A DNA stretch of 64,000 nucleotides from a bacterium. Lineage in GTDB: Bacteria; Bacteroidota; Ignavibacteria; UBA10030. The translations under genes were made by a program, and so were the position numbers. The stretch lies in contig JAZDJN010000064.1 of the NCBI GenBank assembly GCA_043803945.1, forward strand, positions 1-64,000, given 5' to 3'. Positions 1 through 9,320 of this stretch are shown piece after piece (the stretch's first letter is position 1; each line of letters starts with the position of its first letter). Under the pieces are notes generated by a model. The model did no database searches, was not told the origin of the DNA, and saw nothing but the letters and a program-made list of their open reading frames with translations.

Positions 1-117
1 CTCTTGCTTCAGAGACTCGATCTGAGACCCCCTGAACGGCTCGAATTGAAACTCAAAAATGTAGTGCCGACTTTTTAACATTTATGCCCTATGCTCAACG
101 GAATCGCCATCTTTTCT

Positions 118-327
118 TCACAACTGTCGAACTTGGGCTAATTGAATAACGCCGGTTGCCCACAAGAGAATACCGAAAAAGAACAGAACATATCCAATGG
201 GCTGGATACCATCGAAGGCCGAAGGCAATGATGCAAGCGTTGGCATGAAACGCTGAATCAAAATAGCTGCCACTATAGAAGGCAAAGTAAAAAGAATAAT
301 TTTGCCGCCCTGCCCGATAATGTTCAT
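118..327 (-). pseudogene. Truncated membrane protein, probably the N-terminus of an ICMT/PEMT-family methyltransferase
   Basis: MNIIGQGGKIILFTLP followed by two hydrophobic helices, then a stop after ~69 aa. Family resemblance is by eye only. Confidence 0.4.
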
Positions 328-453
328 TCCGTTGTTAGCTCTAAAGAGACTTATCATTGTTATCTCCTCTGATGATATTGATGTTCCTTCACACCTGTCC
401 AATATGCAAGCAAAGCGTATTATCTACAGACGATGGACTTTGTGTCCTATTGA

Positions 454-568
454 GGCTGACTAAAAAGTATTTTCTAGTGCGAAGGCGTCCCCGCCGAGCA
501 TAATAATTTCGCTCATTCCCTCGGCGAGACGCCTTCGGGTTAGAGTTATATATCCTTTTTAGTCAACC
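454..568. mobile_element. MITE/REPIN-like element with outer and inner inverted repeats
   Basis: Outer IRs GGCTGACTAAAAAG (454-467) and CTTTTTAGTCAACC (555-568). Inner IRs CGAAGGCGTCCCCGCCGAG (480-498) and CTCGGCGAGACGCCTTCG (520-537). Confidence 0.6.
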
Positions 569-605
569 CCGCATAAGGGGCTACAGATGTATAGAAGCTA
601 CGATC

Positions 606-836
606 TTACTCAGTTGAGATAAGAAGTATACCATTTGTATCTGTTCTCTGCAACAACGGCAATTTCTCTCGACGCATGTTCGCTGTTGTCGCACACTCGA
701 GAAATTCGAGGATTGCATTTTCCATTCTTGCAGCAACGCTGAACCGGTAGCTCTTCGGAAACTTCCCCGTATGCACCAGCAGCCATTTGCTAAAATCGTA
801 TCCCCGCTTCACAATAAGTAATTCATCAGTGCGCAT
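606..836 (-). pseudogene. avd: DGR accessory variability determinant (Avd, four-helix bundle), C-terminally truncated
   Basis: ELLIVKRGYDFSKWLL..TGKFPKSYRFSVAARME is the Avd N-terminal signature. It lies directly downstream of a VR-bearing gene and ends at 76 aa without the usual C-terminal helices and GGW-type motif. Confidence 0.75.
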
Positions 837-890
837 GGTTGTTCAAACCCCTTTCAGAGTTTCAGCGTAACAGAGTATCTGAGCAACAGG

Positions 891-913
891 CTCATCAGCC
901 TCTGGCTGAAGAG
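891..913. repeat. Hairpin just downstream of the VR (cruciform candidate); also a member of a dispersed repeat
   Basis: CTCATCAGCC-TCT-GGCTGAAGAG. A related copy (TTCAGCCAGAGG..CTGATGCGCC) is at 17584-17643. Confidence 0.55.
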
Positions 914-915
914 TT

Positions 916-1881
916 TCAAAAACCTGACCGGGAGCAAACAACGCGAAAACCGACGCCGTTGAACCAGTTTTCGGGATCGACCCCGACCCGCGAATCGCAA
1001 CGCAGATCTTCCGTACCGTCGTCCCATGAGCCACCACGAAGAGCGCGTACAGCGGGATAATCCTTGTGGCCGTACAGATTTTCCATCCATTCCCATACAT
1101 TACCGGCCATATCCATCAGACCATCAGGGGTTGCTCCATCGGGATAGGAACCAACAGCAGTTGTCTGACCTACTTTCCCACCATAGTTCGCACGCCGCTC
1201 GTTAGGCTTATCATCGCCCCAGGGATATTCCCGCTTCCCTCCTCCTGCCGCCCATTCCCACTCTTGTTCTGTCGGCAATCTGAAGATGCGCCCCTCTCCT
1301 TTGTCATTATAAGAAGAGAGTTCAGTCAACCAATGACAATACGCAACTGCTGCATACCAGCTAATTCCCACAACCGGTTGATCATCATTATTGAATCGTT
1401 TATCGGAATCATATTCAGACTTTAGTAGCTTAGCCCACTCAACAAAATTCTTACCAAGATAATTAAGCATGCCGTCGAATTTCCTAGAATTTGCAATAAG
1501 ACTCTTTGCAAATATATCAAGAGGTATCTTATCGGCTTCTTGTATTACCTCCCTTCCTCGAAGATGTTGAATGAACCGGTTGTATTGCCTGTTTGTGACG
1601 GGATGCCTGGCCTCCGTGGCCGTGTTGTACTCGGCCTCAGAGATCGATATTGTTTCTCCTTCAGGAATGAAACCGTACCTATGCGCATAGATACCCACAA
1701 AAATATCAGATTCTTCTCGAACCAACCTGATGCATTCATCGAGCGGTCGCTCGTCCCGTGCACCGAAATGCTCCATCGCCACATCGATAGCGCCAAGCTG
1801 CCGAATTGCTGCACGAACGGCTTCTCTGAATTGTTCAAGGTCTTTGAAGGTCGAAGAGACGAATATGCGTTTATTCATCAT
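916..1881 (-). CDS. DUF4062 domain fused to a formylglycine-generating-enzyme (FGE/SUMF1, C-type lectin fold) domain; putative DGR target protein
   Basis: N-terminal IFVSSTFKDL..R and GIYAHRYG..SISEAEY (DUF4062). C-terminal PVVGISW, FRLPTEQEWEWAAGG, GLMDMAGNVWEW, LRGGSW...GFRVV (FGE). Confidence 0.85.
   Translation of the reverse strand: MMNKRIFVSSTFKDLEQFREAVRAAIRQLGAIDVAMEHFGARDERPLDECIRLVREESDIFVGIYAHRYGFIPEGETISISEAEYNTATEARHPVTNRQYNRFIQHLRGREVIQEADKIPLDIFAKSLIANSRKFDGMLNYLGKNFVEWAKLLKSEYDSDKRFNNDDQPVVGISWYAAVAYCHWLTELSSYNDKGEGRIFRLPTEQEWEWAAGGGKREYPWGDDKPNERRANYGGKVGQTTAVGSYPDGATPDGLMDMAGNVWEWMENLYGHKDYPAVRALRGGSWDDGTEDLRCDSRVGVDPENWFNGVGFRVVCSRSGF
930..1050 (-). other. Putative DGR variable region (VR)
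   Basis: In RGGSWDDGTEDLRCDSRVGVDPENWFNGVGFR, positions that are AAC/AAT in typical TRs are NNC/NNT codons (GAC GAC GGT, GAT, GTC, GTC, GAT, TTC AAC GGC). Confidence 0.65.
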
Positions 1882-2133
1882 TGAGGTGCGAAGTGGTTGT
1901 ATGGTGCGAGCCATAAAATTGAAGTACTACAATTCTGCTAGTGCAAATATACAATAATGGGAGGTGTTTTCATAGTTGGCTATCGTTTCTGGTCGTACAG
2001 TCTTCTTATTCAAATCGAATGTTTCAGTCAAGATGCCATCCTTGCTCTCCTATCGATGAGAATGATGATGAGAATAATCGTGCCTCACGCACCGGCTCAG
2101 CGGCAGCGGAACACCATCCGCCGGGAACGGTTA

Positions 2134-2403
2134 TCAGTCTTCCAGCACCCTGGGAACAAAGCGCCCTTTGTAGAAGGAGGGCAGTTTGCTGAACTCATCT
2201 ATCAGACGGTCGTCTGATATTTTTTCAGAATCATAGTTCACGACAATTCCAGAAATCTCTGCGCGCTTTCCAACGGATACTTCCGAAACACCATCTATCC
2301 TTCCCAACACGGAGCGTATCTCCTCGATGCACATGGCACAGTTGTACCCGCACTCGGGGATTATTGAATTACAGTCCAAATGAAAAAACTTTTGTACCAG
2401 CAT
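2134..2403 (-). CDS. Small heavy-metal-associated (HMA)-like domain protein
   Basis: NCAMC motif, then IRSVLGRIDGVSEVSV..VNYD (ferredoxin-like HMA pattern). Confidence 0.6.
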   Translation of the reverse strand: MLVQKFFHLDCNSIIPECGYNCAMCIEEIRSVLGRIDGVSEVSVGKRAEISGIVVNYDSEKISDDRLIDEFSKLPSFYKGRFVPRVLED

Positions 2404-2539
2404 CAGTTACTCTCTATTTATAGACACTGTTGGGTCAGCTTGATCCAATTCCACATGCTTAACGCTTCTCAGTTAAGCCGTGGTAGAATTGAAAAGCCCA
2501 CTGGTTTAAAGCGATGAGCTGCGGGTTCTGCAGCGCCAG

Positions 2540-3019
2540 CTAAACGAATACTGCAACTGACTTCTTGCCGATGGCTCCACGCCACATAGCAAGTTGACCT
2601 GCATGAAATGCCGTGTGGGCAATAATCACCTGTGACAAGAGATGACTCATTGTCGGTAAAGTTTCATCAGGTAGTGATTGCTTTAGGGTAGACTCGCTTA
2701 CATTCAGAAGGATTTGAACGAGACGATCCTCGGCATCTGTGAGGATCTTAAGCATATCGGATTTCGATGGATAACGTGAGAGGTCAGACATCGGTGTGCT
2801 ACCATAGCCGAAGATCGACTCCCAGTCATTTGGCAGCCACCCCTGAACACCCATTTCGTTGGCTATTCCCTGGCAACTGTAAATGACATGCCCGAGCGTC
2901 CAGGTAGCATGGTTTCGAACTCCCGTTGGCTGCTCGACCATCTCCTGCTCTGAGAGGTCGGCAACCGATTGCTTCATGAACTTCAACGTGTTCTTGAATG
3001 TGTGTATTAGTTCAATCAT
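2540..3019 (-). CDS. DinB family protein
   Basis: NHATWTLGHV and HTAFHAGQL motifs; GGAGG RBS upstream. Confidence 0.85.
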   Translation of the reverse strand: MIELIHTFKNTLKFMKQSVADLSEQEMVEQPTGVRNHATWTLGHVIYSCQGIANEMGVQGWLPNDWESIFGYGSTPMSDLSRYPSKSDMLKILTDAEDRLVQILLNVSESTLKQSLPDETLPTMSHLLSQVIIAHTAFHAGQLAMWRGAIGKKSVAVFV

Positions 3020-3280
3020 TTAGATGAACCTCCGGCGCCGCTCAACGGATGGTGGCCCGCCAATCCGTAATGGTGCTGGCGGACGTAAAAAGCGTGAACG
3101 ATGGCAGATAAAGATTCCGTAGTGCTACAATCGCGAAAGGTATCGGTCGTCAGACTGCGACGGACTCATCAAGCCGTAATCAGTACTAAAGAACTCTACA
3201 TTCTGCCATCGCGGAACGCATCGGAAGATTAATATCTACTTAACTCTTTCCTTTTTTTTAAAAATGGTTAGAGTGCACAA

Positions 3281-4849
3281 CTAAGGAGCTATTCTCTTAA
3301 CAGCTTCGGCAATTAAAATATTTGTTCTTGAATGACCCGCCCAGGCTGCAAGTGCAGTTCTACGTTCGGGTGTTGGAAAATAACGGACTGCAAATAAAAT
3401 TGCGCCACGGACATAATCGGAAGGCTCATCTGAATAGTGATGCTTAAGATTCCTTCGATGAGCAGGATGACCAAGTCTGCCAATCGCGATTGCCGCTATA
3501 CCTCTCAAGGCTGGTGAACGACCAACTTCTCGTAATATTCTGAGAAGTGAATTAATGGTTTGTTCTCCAGCGGATGGCTGACGAATAATTGCACCAATAA
3601 CCCACATAAGTTGCCAATCATAGGGAAGATTGTCAGTTTGGATAAGTTTTTCCAAGGAAAGAGCAATGTTTGCATCCAGTTCAGCAATAGTGGCAAGATA
3701 AGACACATAAGATTTTGATAAATATGGGCGTTCAACCAAGCCCTCAAACGAACGAGAAACCGCAATGTCTGACTTGGCAATAGCAAGATGTGGCAAACAG
3801 AACTTTTCAATCTTATCAGCAATTAAAGGATTGGACTGGTTAATAGAACTATATAAAGCTTCAACGGCTTTTAATTCTAATTCATCCTCATCTGCCGGGG
3901 GCTCTTCGGGCAACCAGAGAGTTTGAAAACCATATCCGCTATAAAAGGACGTGCTCTGGTCTTCTATTTCCTCACGCGCATCCCTGAATAATTTGTCTAG
4001 TTCAGTTTCCTCGGTTAACAAATCAGCCGTTTCAACAACTTTTGTTTTCTTTTCATTCAAGCTAAGACCTTCATGCCGCAAGGTTCGTGTCAACTCCATA
4101 AGACCCTTCCTTGCAGACTCACGATCCTTGAAAAACATATAAATATCATCTACGTAGCGAGCAGAAGGTATCTCTCGCACGGCTGCATCCGAATCGAAAC
4201 TAACTAGATAGAAATTTCCAAAAAAATCTGATGGATAAATGCCCTGAACAATGCCATGGGAATTTTTTTCCATCCAAGCCAACAATAATTTTTCTAATAA
4301 GTTAACTGCACTTGCAGGACAATTAGAGCCATGGAGTAAATTAATTAAATTGTGCTGATAGAGCCGTTCAAAGAAGTTTGATACATCGGCTTTAATTGCA
4401 TAAGTATATTGAGGATCGCGACAAAGGTTTGTAACTGTCGCTTGCATATGTTCCCAACCCTCATGAGCTGGTACAAACATTTGGAAACCAGGGTCTGTAG
4501 AAAGGAGGATGTTACTAGAAACACGAGTTCGATCAAATTCTTTGTCAACAATAGGCGCCATCAAATCAATTAATACTTGATACACAAGCCTATCGAGCGG
4601 GACAAGAATAGAACCGGGTCTTGTTATGCCACTTTGCTTAGGTACTTCGATTGTTAATGGAAGTTCAGGTTCAAAGTTACCTGCACGTAATGATTTCTTA
4701 ACCTCATTCTACAACTCTTCACCATAATTTGCAAAAATAGCAGAGTAGTGAGGCGAAAGAATAAAATCCGATTGAACGTCTGTGTTAATGCGACCGATTG
4801 CGGTCTTAAAATCGATAGAGTCTAATATTGCTGGATCTAGACCTGGCAT
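3281..4849 (-). pseudogene. Reverse transcriptase with C-terminal alpha-helical (HEAT-like) repeats (UG/Abi/DRT class-1-like), interrupted by an in-frame TAG at codon 47
   Basis: ATG at 4849 with a GGAG RBS. VPKQSGITRPGSIL, KADVSNFF, GIVQGIYPSD, RYVDD and LNEKKT RT motifs are all in one frame. The TAG is at 4711-4709, and the intact downstream ORF is 3281..4585. Confidence 0.85.
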
Positions 4850-5063
4850 TTATTTATTCTCCATTTTACATGCGCCCAAACTATTAATTATACTGTATGA
4901 GCTTTGTTGACAGAGTACATCGATCTGTACTCTTCTGTATGTTTTTTGCCTCACTTCTGCGAACTCAAATCGTCCAGCGTGTTCCACATTCTCCACCGTA
5001 CCTGAGAACCATACAGAGGTGCATTCGAATAGTATATCCGGTTCCAAACAGAAAATCCGCTTC

Positions 5064-5669
5064 TCAAAATGTTCCGAACTTGAATGTGAGTGTCGCGGTC
5101 ATGCCGCAGAAATCACTATCGTTCAATCCTGCTTGCTCGGCCCCGAAAGTCAGGCGATAGGACAGGCCGGCATTCAGTCGGAACCACGCTGTGACATTCA
5201 TCTCGGCGTTGACTGCCGGCTCGATCACAAACATAAAAGCGGTTTCTCCGGCCTGTTGATTGCTTCGACTGACAGGGCCGACATCTTTCACAAAATTGGT
5301 CGCCCCGCCACCAAGAAGCGTGTAAAGACTCAGGTGAACCATGTTCATGGGCTGCAGAATATATTCAACTTCGAATCCGAGGTATCCGAATTCAATATCC
5401 AGAGGCCCTTCGAACGGCAGCGCTTCCGGCGGTGCATCGATTTCATTCACGACACCATACGCGCCGCCGCCAAGCACCAGCCGGTGATCGATGATCCAGC
5501 CGCCGCGGCCTCCGATCATCAGAGCACTCTGGCCATGGACAGAGGTGAGTTTAATTACAGGGCCGCCGAATCCACTTGTTTCTCCGGCGAATTTAAAAAG
5601 CGTTTCTTCCTGTGCCATCCCTTCTGCTGCAAAGGCAACCAGTATGAAAAATAATGCTACGTGACGCAT
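5064..5669 (-). CDS. Putative outer-membrane beta-barrel protein
   Basis: Signal peptide, Gly/aromatic alternating strands, terminal Phe, GGAGG RBS. Confidence 0.6.
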   Translation of the reverse strand: MRHVALFFILVAFAAEGMAQEETLFKFAGETSGFGGPVIKLTSVHGQSALMIGGRGGWIIDHRLVLGGGAYGVVNEIDAPPEALPFEGPLDIEFGYLGFEVEYILQPMNMVHLSLYTLLGGGATNFVKDVGPVSRSNQQAGETAFMFVIEPAVNAEMNVTAWFRLNAGLSYRLTFGAEQAGLNDSDFCGMTATLTFKFGTF

Positions 5670-6350
5670 ATCGTCCTCCGATTTATTGTACCCCAAACTG
5701 CACCCACCTCGAGAAGGCGGGTTAACTATTAATGATACTGTTTGAACCTGGTCGATACATTACATTGATGTGTCCAGTGCTTTACGTCTATACGAAAGTA
5801 TCGATCCTGTGAACTCAAAACGGTTAACGTATTTCAAGTTCTCCACCGCACTCGGGAATCAGACACAGGTTTGTTCGAATGGCATGTCCGGTTCCACAAC
5901 AACTTCTTCCCCCAAAACATTATAAGCGCAGGATCGGTCTCACTGCGCATCGACTGATTGCAAATTGCTTTTTCTCTATTATAAAAGCAAGCAGAACCTG
6001 GAGGAAAGATCTATTTACCACAGAGGACACAGAAAAGACAAGGGGATAATGTAGTGATATGAAGCCTGAATGCTGCGTAGAAAGATGAAGGTTCCTGAAG
6101 TTCAGAGTGAACGTGGTCCGGACAGTGAGGATCTATCCTGTAAGATCGTTAATGCATGGGCGCCTGATAGAGGGACTGTATTGTGGGAGATGATTACTCA
6201 GTTAACATAAAAACGGTTCATCAGGCAGAAAGGCACTAGATACCCGCCTTCGCGGGTACGACAGGAATAAAGTCATCCCCACAATAACTCACCACACAAT
6301 GATGAAGCTCATCATAAAGGAAAATCGGCGAACAAAATCCTGTTGAGTTC

Positions 6351-7124
6351 TTACACCTTCCTGTGCACCAATGTTGTCGATGCCTGGGCTGTTGGTAAAA
6401 TAATTATCTCTGCCAATTGTACATGCGGCGGACGTGTTGCACAGAACAGAACCGCCTCTGCCACATCGTCGGGCGATAACGGCTGAAGGCCTTTGTAAAC
6501 ATTCGAGGCACGCTGTTCGTCGCCCCTGAACCGGACGATGCTGAACTCCGTCTCCACAAGGCCCGGGTCAACCGTGCAAATCCGTATCGGCGTATCGAAA
6601 TAATCCATCCGCATGCCTTTGGTGATTGCATCTACGGCGTGCTTGCTCGCACAGTAGACATTGCCGCCCGGGTATACTTCATGGCCGGCGATCGATCCAA
6701 TGTTGATCACCGTGCCGCGGCTGCGCACAACCATTCCGGGCAGAACCGCTTTCGATACATAGAGCAATCCCTTCACGTTCGTATCGAGCATCTCTTCCCA
6801 GTCGGGGAGTTTTCCGTCATGAAGTTTATCGATTCCTCGGCTGAGTCCGGCATTGTTCACCAGCACATCGATCTCCTGCCACTCCTTCGGCAGGTTCCGG
6901 ATTGCCGCTTCGACCGCGGGCTGGTTGCGAACATCGATCTCGAATCCATAGACATCGACGCCCTGCAATTGCTTAAACTCTGCCGCAATAGTATCAATAC
7001 GTTCCTTGCGCCGCGCTGCAATCAACAGTCTTGCGCCTTCCCTGGCAAATGCTTTTGCGCAGGCCAGACCAATACCGCTGCTGGCGCCGGTGATGAAGAC
7101 AATTGAATTCTTGAGTGATGTCAT
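6351..7124 (-). CDS. SDR family oxidoreductase (YdfG-like NADP-dependent 3-hydroxy acid dehydrogenase)
   Basis: TGASSGIG, NNAG, YCASK, PGLVETEFS motifs. Confidence 0.9.
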   Translation of the reverse strand: MTSLKNSIVFITGASSGIGLACAKAFAREGARLLIAARRKERIDTIAAEFKQLQGVDVYGFEIDVRNQPAVEAAIRNLPKEWQEIDVLVNNAGLSRGIDKLHDGKLPDWEEMLDTNVKGLLYVSKAVLPGMVVRSRGTVINIGSIAGHEVYPGGNVYCASKHAVDAITKGMRMDYFDTPIRICTVDPGLVETEFSIVRFRGDEQRASNVYKGLQPLSPDDVAEAVLFCATRPPHVQLAEIIILPTAQASTTLVHRKV

Positions 7125-7164
7125 GATCGTGCTCCATTATAAACATGTAAAGGAAATATTAATG

Positions 7165-7215
7165 AAGGTCGGGAGGAGACCTCCTCGCCATAGGCGAGTC
7201 TTTCGACCTCCCAGC
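7165..7215 (+). repeat. GTAG-type REP copy carrying a 23-nt hairpin insertion
   Basis: GGTCGGGAGGAGACCTC[insert 7184-7206]CCTCCCAG compared with the uninterrupted copy at 7501-7529. Confidence 0.7.
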
Positions 7216-7500
7216 GTTAGAGGAAAGGAATCAAGAACGCGGGAGACAAAATACAAAGGAGGAGACGGAATGTCAATGGAACGTCAGGGTATTGGAGGAT
7301 GGTAGATGGTAAGCAGAAAGCAGCAAGATATAAGAGGTCAGTTGATGAAAAAGAAATTTCTCCCCCTACACTGGGTCTCATTCATGGAAGAGGGGGAGAT
7401 TGAACCTGTCCGCCATCTGTTTGGCGGAGAGGGGGTTGTTGATCGAGATGACCGCTATCTTCATTCGGATATCGTGGAGAGTGACAGCAATATTCTGTTC

Positions 7501-7529
7501 ATAGGTCGGGAGGAGACCTCCCTCCCAGG
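7501..7529 (+). repeat. GTAG-type REP (family also at 30942-30967 and 58487-58514, reverse strand)
   Basis: ATAGGTCGGGAGGAGACCTCCCTCCCAG. The reverse complement of 58487-58514 reads GTAGGTCGGGAGCTGAGCTCCCTCCCAG. Confidence 0.7.
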
Positions 7530-7563
7530 ATTGGATACGCTTGGAACTTTGCTCATTGACCGA

Positions 7564-8697
7564 TTACGATCGTCCGCGCAGAATTTTCCACTTCTCCATC
7601 ACCTCGTCCTCCTTCACAACATAGTAGTAATCGAAGTTTGCTGCTGTGAGGCATGAGTGGTGTTCGAGGATGCGCAGGCGTTCGCCGACTTTATACCTGC
7701 CCTCGATCACGGCAGGATTCTCAGTCACTACTTTTCCATGTTCCTGTGAGAGCGTGCGTAATTGAATATGAGGAGCAAGGCGTTTCCGTTTGTAATCTTC
7801 GAAGATACTTCCCATATCCATATCGTTTTTAACATGGGTGGGGCCGAGGTCTTTCGAGAGCGCAAGTGCTCCCGCATCGGTGATGAAGTACGACGCACCC
7901 GGTTGGTGAGAGACAATGGAAGCGAGCACCGTCAGGGCACAGTCGGAAACGCCGCAGCTCCCGATCATCGTCTGTGTGTAATCATTAAAGGCATAGTTGC
8001 CGGGCCGGACTTCATTGATTCCTTCCAGGTCTTCGATGACCATCATCGCCGGTGTCGACCCAATGCTGATCAGCGGAATCCGATATCCCTGCCGGCGCAT
8101 CCGTTCGGCAAAACTGACCATCACCAGGCGTTCGCGGTTAGCAAAGTTTATAATCTCTGCGCGCCGGCGCGCATTGTAGGCATACCCGGAGTGGCTGAGA
8201 ATGCCTTCGAACATGATGCTTTTCGATTCGCACAGTGCCGCAAGCAATTCCTCAGCGAACGGTGATTCAGGATCGACACCAGCCCGATGATACCCGCAAT
8301 CGACTTTCAGCCACACATGCATGCGGTCGGTAATCCGTGAGGCGGCTTGCTCTATTGCCTCCTTCGCCTCAAAGCTGTCAACAACAACGCGAATACACGC
8401 ATGCTCATTCAAGCGGGCAACCTTCTCCGCATAGAGGGGCGGCAGGGGAAATGCCCAGGTAATATCATTAAATCCCGCGCGGGCAAACTGTTCGGCTTCG
8501 TAGTATGTCGAAACGGTAATTCCACGCGCACCCATGTCCAATTGGCGATGAGCGATTTCAAGACACTTGTGTGTTTTAATGTGGGGGCGAAGTGTTACAT
8601 TAAGGTCGTTCGCCCGTTCCTGCATGTGCGAAAGGTTACGTTCGAGAACATCAATATCGAGCAGAAGAACCGGCGTTGGGAGATCGTAAATTGTCAT
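7564..8697 (-). CDS. DSD1/D-threonine aldolase-like PLP-dependent enzyme (alanine racemase N-terminal fold)
   Basis: LPTP, LRPHIKTHK, KVDCGYHRAG, EVRPGNY, LSQEHG, HSCLT motifs. Confidence 0.88.
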   Translation of the reverse strand: MTIYDLPTPVLLLDIDVLERNLSHMQERANDLNVTLRPHIKTHKCLEIAHRQLDMGARGITVSTYYEAEQFARAGFNDITWAFPLPPLYAEKVARLNEHACIRVVVDSFEAKEAIEQAASRITDRMHVWLKVDCGYHRAGVDPESPFAEELLAALCESKSIMFEGILSHSGYAYNARRRAEIINFANRERLVMVSFAERMRRQGYRIPLISIGSTPAMMVIEDLEGINEVRPGNYAFNDYTQTMIGSCGVSDCALTVLASIVSHQPGASYFITDAGALALSKDLGPTHVKNDMDMGSIFEDYKRKRLAPHIQLRTLSQEHGKVVTENPAVIEGRYKVGERLRILEHHSCLTAANFDYYYVVKEDEVMEKWKILRGRS

Positions 8698-9209
8698 GGC
8701 AATTGAGTGATGAAATTGATCGCTTATACTGCAGTCTCGTTGGTTTGAATATAGAAAACACCATGCAGTCGCACGTTGATTCAGTGCACAGATGAAAAAA
8801 AACATTGTTCTGCGCGGTACGTCTTCTTCTTGAACTGAATGTAGGGTCTATTCGAACGAAGGGCAAGCAGAAAGCTTGAACGAAAATCCGGAGCTTTTTG
8901 CATGAGAGAGAGTTATTATTTCCTACTCAATTTTCTAGTCAATGGATATTGGCTTCTTTACTATCTAAAAATTTAACAAAGATCAGGATCTTCTCTTTAG
9001 TCTTTATTACCGAATCGAGGTGGAAATTTCCACAAACGAATCAGAGTTCTTTTTGATTATCCAGTAAAAATAAAGGATATTCTATAGATTTCGCGAATGG
9101 AGCTAATGGCATACTCCTTGCACATTCATTGGTGGTGATTTTTTTTAAAGAAATCAGATCATCAAACGTAGCGCACTGTGACCGGCAGCAAGGATAATTG
9201 GTGTGCGCC

Positions 9210-9251
9210 GTCAAGCCTATGCTTGACATTTGTTCTGCGATTCGCTAAGCT
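9210..9251 (+). promoter_or_regulatory. sigma70-type promoter with an operator-like palindrome overlapping the -35
   Basis: TTGACA (9223-9228), 17 nt spacer, TAAGCT (9246-9251). Inverted repeat GTCAAGC-CTAT-GCTTGAC at 9210-9227. Confidence 0.55.
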
Positions 9252-9320
9252 TATACGGGATAATGAGTTGTCCCAATGAAACATGATCGTTTGCACCTTA
9301 ATGACTAAGAGGAAAATTCT

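Noticed and set aside
4709-4711. Genome-wide stop-codon reassignment or pyrrolysine
   Set aside because: TAG terminates several normal genes in this window (e.g. dinB at 2540, the RT itself, 11537), and no pyl genes or suppressor tRNA were seen.
606-4849. Complete DGR formed by the target, avd and the nearby RT
   Set aside because: The RT has QGIYPSD instead of the DGR-type IGNLTSQ motif, is much longer with a helical C-terminal domain, lies upstream beyond unrelated genes, and no TR is visible.
5830-5930. Gene containing YNVLGEEV (T9SS CTD-like) on the minus strand
   Set aside because: Only a few codons resemble a sorting domain. At most a decayed fragment with no supportable ORF.
8855-8905. 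c-di-GMP-I riboswitch upstream of the pilin-like operon
   Set aside because: Only a loose GGCAA..GAAA resemblance; the GACGCAAA junction and P3 are lacking, and it is far upstream of the likely promoter.
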